A stretch of 64,000 nt of DNA from Candidatus Omnitrophota bacterium (GTDB taxonomy: Bacteria > Omnitrophota > Gorgyraeia > Gygaellales > Profunditerraquicolaceae): assembly GCA_028716245.1 (NCBI GenBank), contig JAQUQW010000002.1:72947-136946 (forward strand). The letters run 5' to 3'. This document shows positions 18,820 through 26,979 of the stretch, piece after piece. The position numbers and the translations under genes are program-made. A model generated the notes under the pieces. That model made no database searches, was not told where the DNA came from, and saw only the letters and a list, made by a program, of their open reading frames with translations. Numbering within the stretch: the first letter of the stretch is position 1; every line of letters starts with the position of its first letter.

Positions 18820-20327
18820 AGTTAGAAAAGCTTATTTTATGCGCGGTTTTTATTTTGTCCTTTGCAGGATTGGTTTTGGCCGAAGATATTATCGTTGAAG
18901 CTGCTAAAGCGTCTGAGCCGTCAGCAACATTTACCGATAAAGTTTCTTTGGATTTAAAGGGGGTTGATATTAACGAACTTTTTAAATTACTTTCCGCGAA
19001 AACCGGGATAACGATTATTCCGTCTCCGCAGGTCAGCGGGAGGATCACGGTATTTATGAATGATTTAAGCTTTTCCGATGCGCTGGATGTAATTGTTACC
19101 ATGCAGGATTTGGCTTATGAAAGAAAGGCAAATGTAGTCAAGGTAATGACTTTGGCAGAATATGAAAAGGCCTACGGAAAGAAATTCGGAGAGCGCAAGG
19201 AAACCCGCACCTTTAAGCTTGCTTATGCTAAGCCGGCAAACGTGCTCAATGTGATCAATTCCCTGAAATCCGAGCTGGGCAAGATTATTTCCGATGATTC
19301 AACCGGCACCGTCATTATTATAGATACTCCGCAATCCATGGAAGTTATGGCTAATACGATAAAAGAGCTTGACCGGCCCCTGGAGACGCTGGTCTTTGAT
19401 GTCAACTACGCGCGTTTTACCGATATAAAAAATTACCTTAATGAACTGATTACTCCGGGAGTCGGGCAGATAATCGTGGATGAAAGAAGCAGCAAGGTGG
19501 TTGTTTATGACCTGCCGCAGCGCTTAAACCGGATAAAGAAACTTATGCGGGAGTTTGACGAACAATCGCGCCAGGTGCTGATTACCGGCGAAATTATTGA
19601 AGTTACGATCGATGATAAATTCCAAAGCGGTATTGCCTGGGATAAGATTTTTAACCAAGCGGACCTGCATAACCTGGAGTTGGTGGGGAATTTTCCCATA
19701 AGCCCGGCGCTTTCCAATTATGGAAAGATCAGCTTAGGCACATTAGCCCAGGACCATTATAATATAGTAATGAATATGCTTAGTACTTACGGCTCTACGA
19801 AAGTGCTTACCCGGCCAAGGATTGTTGTGGTCAATAAGGAGGAAGCTAAAATACTTGTCGGTACGCGCGAGGCTTATGTAACCTCGACCCAAAGCCAGGG
19901 ACAATCCACGACCCTTACCGCGGAAAGCGTGCAGTTTATCGATGTTGGGTTAAAACTTGCGGTTGTGCCGACCATTGGCGCCGATGGTTTTATTACAATG
20001 AAGATAAAACCTGAAGTCAGTTCAGTGCAGAGCACATTAACCACAACTGCCGGCACGGTTGTGCCGATAGTGGAAACCTCGCAATCCGAGACAGTGGTTA
20101 AAGTAAAAGACGGCAATATGCTGATTATCGCCGGACTGCTTAGAGAAGAAAATGACAAAAGTGATTCAGGGTTGCCTGGCTTATCGCGCCTGCGCATCTT
20201 GGGCCATTTATTTTCTACGAGGGGAAGGGAAAAGAAAAGAAAAGAGTTGGTTATATTTATAACTCCTACAATAATAACCGGAACAAACAATATCAGCCGT
20301 GAGGTAAAGAGTGAAAGCAAACAATAA
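18816..20327 (+). CDS. gspD: secretin (GspD/PilQ family), paralog 1
   Basis: Signal peptide, N0/STN-like domain (LKGVDINELFKLLSAKTGITIIP), and a secretin C-domain (VLTRPRIVVVNKEEAKILVG...ITPTII). Confidence 0.85.
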   Translation: MKLEKLILCAVFILSFAGLVLAEDIIVEAAKASEPSATFTDKVSLDLKGVDINELFKLLSAKTGITIIPSPQVSGRITVFMNDLSFSDALDVIVTMQDLAYERKANVVKVMTLAEYEKAYGKKFGERKETRTFKLAYAKPANVLNVINSLKSELGKIISDDSTGTVIIIDTPQSMEVMANTIKELDRPLETLVFDVNYARFTDIKNYLNELITPGVGQIIVDERSSKVVVYDLPQRLNRIKKLMREFDEQSRQVLITGEIIEVTIDDKFQSGIAWDKIFNQADLHNLELVGNFPISPALSNYGKISLGTLAQDHYNIVMNMLSTYGSTKVLTRPRIVVVNKEEAKILVGTREAYVTSTQSQGQSTTLTAESVQFIDVGLKLAVVPTIGADGFITMKIKPEVSSVQSTLTTTAGTVVPIVETSQSETVVKVKDGNMLIIAGLLREENDKSDSGLPGLSRLRILGHLFSTRGREKKRKELVIFITPTIITGTNNISREVKSESKQ

Positions 20328-22524
20328 ACTCATAAATAGGGACAGCGACCATTTTTTCAAAAACCTTTGGATTCGTAAAAAATGGTCGCTGTCCCTATTT
20401 ATCCTGCTATCTTTAATCAGCCCGCTTGGCGCAAAAAGCGATTCCGCGCAGGAAGATCAGATAGTTGAAGAGAGTCCGAAGGATAAGATATCCTTGGACC
20501 TGAAAAATGTGGATATTGTTGAGTTATTGCGGATTGTCTCGCTTAAAACCGGAAGGACAATCGTTCCCAGCAAGGATGTTTCCGGCCGCATCACCATCTA
20601 TTTAAGCCAGGTTGCCTTTGATGACGTCCTGGATATTATCCTGCTTACTCAAGGGTTGGCCCTAAACAAAAAAGATAACGTGTATTATGTGATGAGTGAA
20701 GCCGAATACAAAAAAATGTATGGCCGGGATTATATTGACCAGAGAAAAATTGAAACAGTCAAGCTTTCCTACGCCAAGCCTTCCATAATTTTTAACGCGC
20801 TCGGCCAGCTTAAATCCGATGTCGGTAAAATCGTAGTTGATGAAGCCAGCGGCACGATAATCCTGATCGATATCCCGGAAAAGCTGGAACTGCTTCAAAA
20901 AACAATCAAAGAATTAGACCAGCCGTTGACTACCGCTATCTATGACCTTAATTACATTAAGCCTGCCGATGCCAAAACCCAGCTTAACGCCGCCATTACT
21001 CCGGGTACAGGCGAGGTAATTATCGATGAAAGAAACGGCAAGGCCATAATTTCGGACCTGCCCAGAAAAATAGATAAGTTAGGGATGCTGGTGCGTGAGA
21101 TAGACGAGGAATCCCGCCAGGTTTATATTGAAGCCGATATCGTCGAGCTTACTTTGGATAATCAATTCCAAAGGGGGATAGACTGGGAAAAGCTATGGAG
21201 TTCTGCGGCAATGAATGGATTGGATTTTTCCGGGAATTTTCCTTTAGCCGCTTTAACGGCAGTGGGGGCAATAACTCAGAAAATCTCAGTGGGTACCTTT
21301 GCCACCAATCATTACCAGGCGATCCTGAATTTTCTAAATACCTACGGAACTACGCATGTTGTTTCCCAGCCGAGGATTGCCGTAGTCAATAACGAAGAAG
21401 CCAATATTATGGTCGGTACGCGCGAGGCGTATATTACTCAGACGCAAAGCCAGGCAACCGCGACCACCGTAACTTCTGAAACCGTAGAGTTTATCGATGT
21501 TGGTGTTAAATTAAAAGTTGTACCTAAAATCAGCGCCGATGATTTTATTACGATGAAGATAAAACCTGAAGTCAGTTCTGTTACCAGGACGCTTACTACT
21601 TCTCTGGGTAGCGTTGTTCCAATAGTGCAAACTTCTCAGTCAGAAAGTGTCGTAAAAATAAAAGACGGGATGATGATTATGATCGCCGGAATGACTAAAG
21701 TTGAGAAGACCGACACAATCAACGGCTGGCCGGTATTGTCAAAAATCCCTTTCTTAGGAGTATTGTTTAGCAATCGCGTGAAGGATACCAAGAGGACCGA
21801 AGTAATTATTTTTCTTACCCCGCACCTGTCGCGCGGCGACGCGGGGTTAAGAGGGGATGAGATAACTAAAATATTGCCGATGGAGAATTTACCGGAGCGC
21901 TTGCAAAACAAGGTAGTCAGGGATAAAGCAATAGATAAGGGGCTATTTACTCCTGAAAAGATGAAGGAAGAATTGGCCAAGAAGCAGGCAATAGAGGTAG
22001 CTGCCGAAGAAACAGCCGAAAGGACCGCCGCAGACAAATTGGCAAAGGCGGCAGAAAAGGCAGAAAAGGCAGCGGTCAAACAAACAGTTGCCGCCGAAGT
22101 AAAGAAATCCAGCCCAAGAGAAGCCGCCAAAGAATATTACCAAAAAGGCCTGCGCGCGCAGGCGGATTCCGATAATGAAGAAGCAATCCGTAATTTTATA
22201 AGAGCCGCGCAGTTGGATAAAAAATACGCCGCCGCTTACAATAGTTTAGGGATTATTTATGAGCAGGAGAGTAAGCCCGAGAAATCCGAGGAGATGTATC
22301 TAAAGGCCGTTTCAGCTGACGAGCGTTATTGCCCGGCCTATTCAAATTTAGCTTTATTTAATGAAAATCGCAAAGATTTTACCAAAGCTTTAGAGTATTG
22401 GCGCAAACGCGTTTTATACGGCGATCAAAATAGCGAATGGACAAAAAAGGCTATACAGCGGATAAAAGAACTTGAGAGCAACAAAGGCGAAACTGTTTCC
22501 GATTCAATCGGGACAGGGGGGTAG
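20311..22524 (+). CDS. gspD: secretin (GspD/PilQ family), paralog 2, with C-terminal TPR extension
   Basis: N0-like domain (LKNVDIVELLRIVSLKTGRTIVP), secretin C-domain (VVSQPRIAVVNNEEANIMVG), then a Lys/Ala/Glu-rich linker and TPR repeats (AIRNFIRAAQLDKKYAAAYNSLGIIY...). Its ATG overlaps the paralog-1 stop by 17 nt. Confidence 0.85.
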   Translation: MKANNKLINRDSDHFFKNLWIRKKWSLSLFILLSLISPLGAKSDSAQEDQIVEESPKDKISLDLKNVDIVELLRIVSLKTGRTIVPSKDVSGRITIYLSQVAFDDVLDIILLTQGLALNKKDNVYYVMSEAEYKKMYGRDYIDQRKIETVKLSYAKPSIIFNALGQLKSDVGKIVVDEASGTIILIDIPEKLELLQKTIKELDQPLTTAIYDLNYIKPADAKTQLNAAITPGTGEVIIDERNGKAIISDLPRKIDKLGMLVREIDEESRQVYIEADIVELTLDNQFQRGIDWEKLWSSAAMNGLDFSGNFPLAALTAVGAITQKISVGTFATNHYQAILNFLNTYGTTHVVSQPRIAVVNNEEANIMVGTREAYITQTQSQATATTVTSETVEFIDVGVKLKVVPKISADDFITMKIKPEVSSVTRTLTTSLGSVVPIVQTSQSESVVKIKDGMMIMIAGMTKVEKTDTINGWPVLSKIPFLGVLFSNRVKDTKRTEVIIFLTPHLSRGDAGLRGDEITKILPMENLPERLQNKVVRDKAIDKGLFTPEKMKEELAKKQAIEVAAEETAERTAADKLAKAAEKAEKAAVKQTVAAEVKKSSPREAAKEYYQKGLRAQADSDNEEAIRNFIRAAQLDKKYAAAYNSLGIIYEQESKPEKSEEMYLKAVSADERYCPAYSNLALFNENRKDFTKALEYWRKRVLYGDQNSEWTKKAIQRIKELESNKGETVSDSIGTGG
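20334..20402. repeat. REPIN-like element B (family 1), 69 nt, lying in frame inside the 5' end of secretin paralog 2
   Basis: Arms are at 20334-20358 and 20378-20402. It is translated as INRDSDHFFKNLWIRKKWSLSLF within the predicted signal peptide. Confidence 0.85.
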
Positions 22525-22566
22525 GTATCATCCCCATGTCCCGAACAACTTGGAAACAGTTTCGAT
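22508..22566. repeat. GC-rich hairpin (CGGGACAGGGG...CCCCATGTCCCG) overlapping the secretin-2 stop, plus a family-2 core GGAAACAGTTTCG
   Basis: 12-bp stem with one mismatch at 22513-22548. The palindromic family-2 core is at 22551-22563. A likely terminator/REP-like site. Confidence 0.55.
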
Positions 22567-22571
22567 AAATA

Positions 22572-23924
22572 ATGAACATAAATTTTAAAGAAAAGAAATT
22601 GCTTCTGGCGTTTGCGTTTTTAATCCTGCTTACCTTTTTAATCGGCCTGTTTGGCATAGCCCAGATCCAGGGATTAAGCCGTAAGATCGAAGGTTTAGGC
22701 AGGTATAATTTAAAGCGGCAGAGCGCCGTGCTGGAGATGCGTATAAATAACGCGGTTTATGCCATGGGTATCCGCAATTATGTTTTTTGGCGCGCCTTCC
22801 GCTATTTGAACGCCATGCCGATAGCGGTAAACGTGGATAAAGTTTTTGCCGTAGGAGAAAATTTTAAAAACCAGCTTAAGATTTACCGCCAAAGCGCATA
22901 CTTAGGCCAGGAAAAAGAGTGGGCAAATCAAATTACTGTTTCATTCGATGAGGCTTTTACGCTTGGCAAAAAAATTATTCAATCAGCGGATAAAGAGGAA
23001 TCCGGAAAAATCAACGAGGCTACAAATAACCTGCTGATGAACTTTGAGAACCGTATTTATAAAATAGACGAGTTTTTGAATAATTTTATGGGTAAATCCA
23101 ATCTTGAAGATGTGCAGCGGCAGTTATTTTTGGCTAACGCGGATAAGCAGCAGGCGATTTTTTTCTTAAAAATCAGTTTAATCAGCGCGCTGATTGTGGG
23201 GATATTGATCGCGCTCTCTGTATATCGCCGAAGAATCAAGGAGCGCTCCTACCGCCAGCAAATTTTTAACCGGATGATTAATATTGAGGAGAACGAAAGG
23301 AAAAATCTTTCCGCGGCGGTGCATGATGAAATGGGCCAGGATTTAAGCGCGCTAAAAATTTACCTTGGGCTTGTTTCTCAGGAGCTGGCGGAAGCAAAAG
23401 AAGATTTGAAAGCAAAAGTCGAAGAATGCAAAAAGATAACCGCAGGACTTATTGACAAAAGCCACAACATTGCCTTTTTGCTCAGGCCTCCGGATTTGGA
23501 TGAAGTGGGATTGTTGGAAAGTTTAGAGTCGCTGCTTTTAGAATCCAGCCATCTCAGCGGCGTTGAATATATTTTTCAAAAACCCGCCGGCAGCCTTGCG
23601 TTGGCTCCGGAGTACAGCTTGTTAATTTACCGCATAGTGCAGGAACTGGTTACGAATATGATCAAGCACTCAAAAGCTAAAAATGTGGAAGTCAGTATCA
23701 ATAAAAACGCAAATTCCATAGAATTATTTTACCGCGATGACGGGCAGGGGTTTGATTACAATCAGGACGCCAGGAAATTCTTAAGGCGCAGGGAAGATAA
23801 ATTCCGGCTTGGGCTAATCGGCTTAAAAGAAAGGGTGGAGGTGCTCGACGGGTCAATGCAAATAAATTCATCTTCCGGAAAAGGGACGAGCATTACCGTA
23901 ACACTTCCGATAATATGCCCATAA
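22572..23924 (+). CDS. sensor histidine kinase (HisKA_3 / NarX-LiaS-type)
   Basis: Two TM segments, H-box AAVHDEMGQDLSALKIY (HisKA_3 type) and a HATPase_c domain (DDGQGFD...GLIGLKERVEVLDGSMQINS). Confidence 0.85.
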   Translation: MNINFKEKKLLLAFAFLILLTFLIGLFGIAQIQGLSRKIEGLGRYNLKRQSAVLEMRINNAVYAMGIRNYVFWRAFRYLNAMPIAVNVDKVFAVGENFKNQLKIYRQSAYLGQEKEWANQITVSFDEAFTLGKKIIQSADKEESGKINEATNNLLMNFENRIYKIDEFLNNFMGKSNLEDVQRQLFLANADKQQAIFFLKISLISALIVGILIALSVYRRRIKERSYRQQIFNRMINIEENERKNLSAAVHDEMGQDLSALKIYLGLVSQELAEAKEDLKAKVEECKKITAGLIDKSHNIAFLLRPPDLDEVGLLESLESLLLESSHLSGVEYIFQKPAGSLALAPEYSLLIYRIVQELVTNMIKHSKAKNVEVSINKNANSIELFYRDDGQGFDYNQDARKFLRRREDKFRLGLIGLKERVEVLDGSMQINSSSGKGTSITVTLPIICP

Positions 23925-24562
23925 AAATTGCGATCGTTGATGACCATGATATAATCCGCACCGGCGTAAAAAGCGTTTTGGAAAAACACACCCAGTATGA
24001 GGTTTGTGTTGAAGCAGCCAACGGAGAAGCGGCTTTAAAAGCCGCCGAAGACTTTAAACCGGACATTATGCTGTTGGACATTTCGATGCCCAAACTCAGC
24101 GGGCTGGATATAATCAGCCGGATAAAACGCCTCAGCCCACAGACAAAGATAATCATTATCTCGGTCTATAAATTAGGCACATATATCTTAAAGGCTTTAC
24201 GCTGCGGGGTTAACGGTTATATCAATAAAGATAATCTTGCCGAAGAGCTTATCCCGGCTTTATCGCGCATAAGTTCCGGAGGTTCTTATCTGGGTTCAGA
24301 AATCTCTGACTATTTGGCGCAGACAATGCAGGATTCCCAAAAAAAAGAAATACCAAAAGGGTTAAAGATTTTAAACGCGCGTGAACAGGATGTCCTGCGC
24401 CTGGTAGCGGAAGGTAAAACCGCCAGGGAGATCGCCGAAGTCATGTTCTTGAGCCGCCGCACAGTAGAAAATTACAAAAATAGCATACTTAAAAAGCTGA
24501 ATTTACATAAGACCAGCGACCTGATTAAATATTCATTGGAGAATAAATTTCTCGATGCTTAA
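23915..24562 (+). CDS. NarL/FixJ-family response regulator (REC + LuxR-type HTH)
   Basis: REC with VDDHD and DIMLLDISMPKLSG, and a C-terminal LuxR HTH (LNAREQDVLRLVAEGKTAREIAEVMFLSRRTVENYKNSILKKL). It overlaps the kinase gene by 10 nt. Confidence 0.88.
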   Translation: MPIKIAIVDDHDIIRTGVKSVLEKHTQYEVCVEAANGEAALKAAEDFKPDIMLLDISMPKLSGLDIISRIKRLSPQTKIIIISVYKLGTYILKALRCGVNGYINKDNLAEELIPALSRISSGGSYLGSEISDYLAQTMQDSQKKEIPKGLKILNAREQDVLRLVAEGKTAREIAEVMFLSRRTVENYKNSILKKLNLHKTSDLIKYSLENKFLDA

Positions 24563-24938
24563 GAAGGTAGATAAAATTTTGAAAATAGCACGGCAGGATG
24601 ATGAAATTCTGGCGGTATTTCTATTCGGCAGCCTAGCGCGGCGAGAAGGACATAAAACAAGTGATATAGATATTTGTTTAATATTGAAACCAGGCAGGTA
24701 TTCTTCTTTAGGCCTTTCTGAGAAAAGGTTTGAATATCTTAAGGTATTCGATTTAGATGTGCAGATTTTTCAACAGCTGCCTCTTTATATTAAAATGAGG
24801 GTGATAAAGGATGGGAAAAAACTTTTTTGCGCGAATGAAGATGAGTTATATCAAAGTGTTTTTAACACGATTACGGAATTTGAAGATTATAGAGATATTT
24901 ACCGTGATTATTTAATGGAGGTAGGAAATGTTAGATAA
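24555..24938 (+). CDS. MNT-type nucleotidyltransferase (antitoxin of a HepT/MNT pair)
   Basis: Pol-beta-type NTase motif GSLARREGHKTSDIDI, 127 aa. Confidence 0.8.
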   Translation: MLKKVDKILKIARQDDEILAVFLFGSLARREGHKTSDIDICLILKPGRYSSLGLSEKRFEYLKVFDLDVQIFQQLPLYIKMRVIKDGKKLFCANEDELYQSVFNTITEFEDYRDIYRDYLMEVGNVR

Positions 24939-25359
24939 AAATAGGATTTTGGTGAAAATTGATGAGCTTGATGGTTATCTTGATGAGCTTGAACAGATTG
25001 CCCCGGCAAAATTGAAATTTAAAGAATACCAGGTAATCGAAAAAAAACGCAGTTGTGAAAGGTTATTACAGCTTTCCATTGAAGCTGTAATCGATATTTG
25101 CAAATTTTTTGTTTCGGGGATGAGATTAGGATTGCCTGCTGAGGAGAATGACCTTTTTGATAAAATGCAAAAGAAAAAATTATTGTCTAAGGAGATGGCG
25201 GTGATTTTAAAAGAAATGAAAGGTTTTAGGAATATTTTGGTTCACGAATATGCAGCCGTGGATGACGAACTTGTATTTAAAGCAATAAAGACAAAATTAA
25301 AAGATTTTAGGAGATTTAAGAAAGAAATCTTAGCAGTATTGGCAAGAGTTAGCAGATAA
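24928..25359 (+). CDS. HepT-like HEPN toxin (DUF86)
   Basis: HEPN R-x4-HxY motif (FRNILVHEY). It overlaps the MNT gene by 11 nt. Confidence 0.8.
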   Translation: MLDKNRILVKIDELDGYLDELEQIAPAKLKFKEYQVIEKKRSCERLLQLSIEAVIDICKFFVSGMRLGLPAEENDLFDKMQKKKLLSKEMAVILKEMKGFRNILVHEYAAVDDELVFKAIKTKLKDFRRFKKEILAVLARVSR

Positions 25360-25423
25360 GGGGATATCATGTTTAAGATTAAAAATGTCCAATTTGAAAT
25401 GTCCAATGTGAATAAAATAGGGA

Positions 25424-25479
25424 CAGCGACCGTTTTTTGGTCGTTTTGCTTAGAGAAAAATGGTCGCTGTCCCTATTTA
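25424..25479. repeat. REPIN-like element C (family 1, CCG variant of the arm)
   Basis: AAAATAGGGACAGCGACCGTTTTTT, a 13-nt spacer, then AAAAATGGTCGCTGTCCCTATTTA. Confidence 0.85.
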
Positions 25480-25586
25480 AAAAAGAGTATAATGCGCAAT
25501 GAAAACGAGTAGTTTACCCATTGAAAGAATATATGATAAATAGTATATTATCTGTAGATGAAAGAAGGGCAGCAGAAGAGGATGAA

Positions 25587-26927
25587 ATGAATAAATATAC
25601 TGTTGGCATAATTCTGGGTATTTTAGGCGCGGGGTTAAATTGCCAGGCGCAGGCGAATCAGGTCTTAGAGCAGGCGCCTTTTGTCCTGGAAGATAATTTA
25701 GCCGGCCCGGCCACGGTAGAACCAGAGCCGATCTTTGCCACAGGAATAATCAAAACTATCTGTGTATCTTATGAGTTTACCGGCCAGGTGAGTTTAGAAG
25801 CCAGCACCAATGGAGGCGTTGATTACACAAAAATAATCAATGGCTCACCGCTTGTTGATGGATTTATTCCGGGAAACCAGCTGCGCTTTAGGGCAAATAT
25901 CGGACCGGCAAGCAGTTTAAAAAAATTAACCATTGGTTACACTGATTCATCAGGAGTATCCAGATTATACCGCAACCCCGATTTAGCAAATTATAAAAAT
26001 CACCGTGAAATTTATATTTCCGGAGGCAGCCAGGAAGTATTTAATTATCCCCTGGAAATAAAATTGGATCCTTTAGCAGCCGGCACTGAAATTTATTTTA
26101 CCGCGGCTGACGGTCAAACTCCGCTTTATTATTATTTAGAAGATCCCGCGCGCTGCTACGTGAAGGTTCTCCAGATCCCCAAAGAAGGCACAAAAATTTA
26201 TGTTTACTGGAAAAATAGGGACAGCGACCGTTTTTCTCCAAGTGAAACAACCAAAAAACGGTCGCTGTCCCTATTTTTAGACGGCAATAAAGTTTTTCCG
26301 TTTTTTGAGGATTTTAACGATGCCTCTTTAAACGCGGAAAAATGGGAAATAATTCCCGGGCTAAAAAAAGAATACAGCATTAAAGATGGATATTTACGGA
26401 TTAAAGATTGTTTAGTGGTAACGCGAAATTTTAAAACCCAACAGGGCATCCTGGAGTTCAAAGCCAAGGCGGAAGAGAACGCGGGGATCCAGGTAGTTGT
26501 GCGCACAAAAGTTTCCGCGGGGTTATCTCCTTACGAACAAATAGTTTACTCTTCGAATTATCCGGGAGCAGAACATACTATCGCGATCAATAACATTGCC
26601 AAGGTGAATATAAGTAATCCGATAAAACCGCTTACCTATTATATCTATCAAGCAACCATCAATTCCACCGGCATTCTTTTTGAAAGATACAGTGAAGACC
26701 GGAAGGAAAAACAGGCCGAGATAAAATTTTTGGATGTGGGGAATTTTAGTGAAGGTTATATTGGTTTAAAAGCGGATGCCGCGCCGTTTAATGCCGGCAG
26801 TGTTTATTTCGATTGGATCAGGGTCAGGCCGTATGTGGAAGTTGAACCAAAGGCGGTGATAAATAGGGACAGCGACCGTTTTTCTCTTCTAGGCGACCAT
26901 GAACCTGTTGCTGAGGTGATGAGATGA
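25587..26927 (+). CDS. secreted DUF2341-like + LamG/concanavalin-like domain protein, carrying an in-frame REPIN insertion
   Basis: Signal peptide MNKYTVGIILGILGAGLNCQAQA preceded by an AGAGGA RBS (the ORF track start at 25521 is probably too far upstream). PLEIKLDP...YYYLED...YVYW resembles DUF2341. NDASLNAEKWEII...GYLRI resembles LamG-like. The ORF is uninterrupted through REPIN D. Confidence 0.6.
   Translation: MNKYTVGIILGILGAGLNCQAQANQVLEQAPFVLEDNLAGPATVEPEPIFATGIIKTICVSYEFTGQVSLEASTNGGVDYTKIINGSPLVDGFIPGNQLRFRANIGPASSLKKLTIGYTDSSGVSRLYRNPDLANYKNHREIYISGGSQEVFNYPLEIKLDPLAAGTEIYFTAADGQTPLYYYLEDPARCYVKVLQIPKEGTKIYVYWKNRDSDRFSPSETTKKRSLSLFLDGNKVFPFFEDFNDASLNAEKWEIIPGLKKEYSIKDGYLRIKDCLVVTRNFKTQQGILEFKAKAEENAGIQVVVRTKVSAGLSPYEQIVYSSNYPGAEHTIAINNIAKVNISNPIKPLTYYIYQATINSTGILFERYSEDRKEKQAEIKFLDVGNFSEGYIGLKADAAPFNAGSVYFDWIRVRPYVEVEPKAVINRDSDRFSLLGDHEPVAEVMR
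26214..26277. repeat. REPIN-like element D (family 1, CCG variant) embedded in frame in a coding sequence
   Basis: Translated without a stop as NRDSDRFSPSETTKKRSLSLF between the DUF2341-like and LamG-like parts of the host ORF. Confidence 0.85.
26860..26886. repeat. solo family-1 REP arm (left arm only) forming the 3' end of the DUF2341/LamG ORF
   Basis: AAATAGGGACAGCGACCGTTTTTCTC with no intact right arm. It is translated as INRDSDRFSL at the C-terminus. Confidence 0.75.
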
Positions 26928-26932
26928 AAGCG

Positions 26933-26968
26933 GCCCTATTTCCCGATTGGGTTGGAAACTGTTTCGGA
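26933..26968. repeat. family-2 repeat unit (CCCGATTGGG + GGAAACTGTTTCGG) immediately upstream of the giant gene
   Basis: GGCCCTATTTCCCGATTGGGTTGGAAACTGTTTCGGAGG. Its 3' end supplies the GGAGG ribosome-binding site 9 nt before the ATG at 26980. Confidence 0.7.
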
Positions 26969-26979
26969 GGAGTGGTTAG

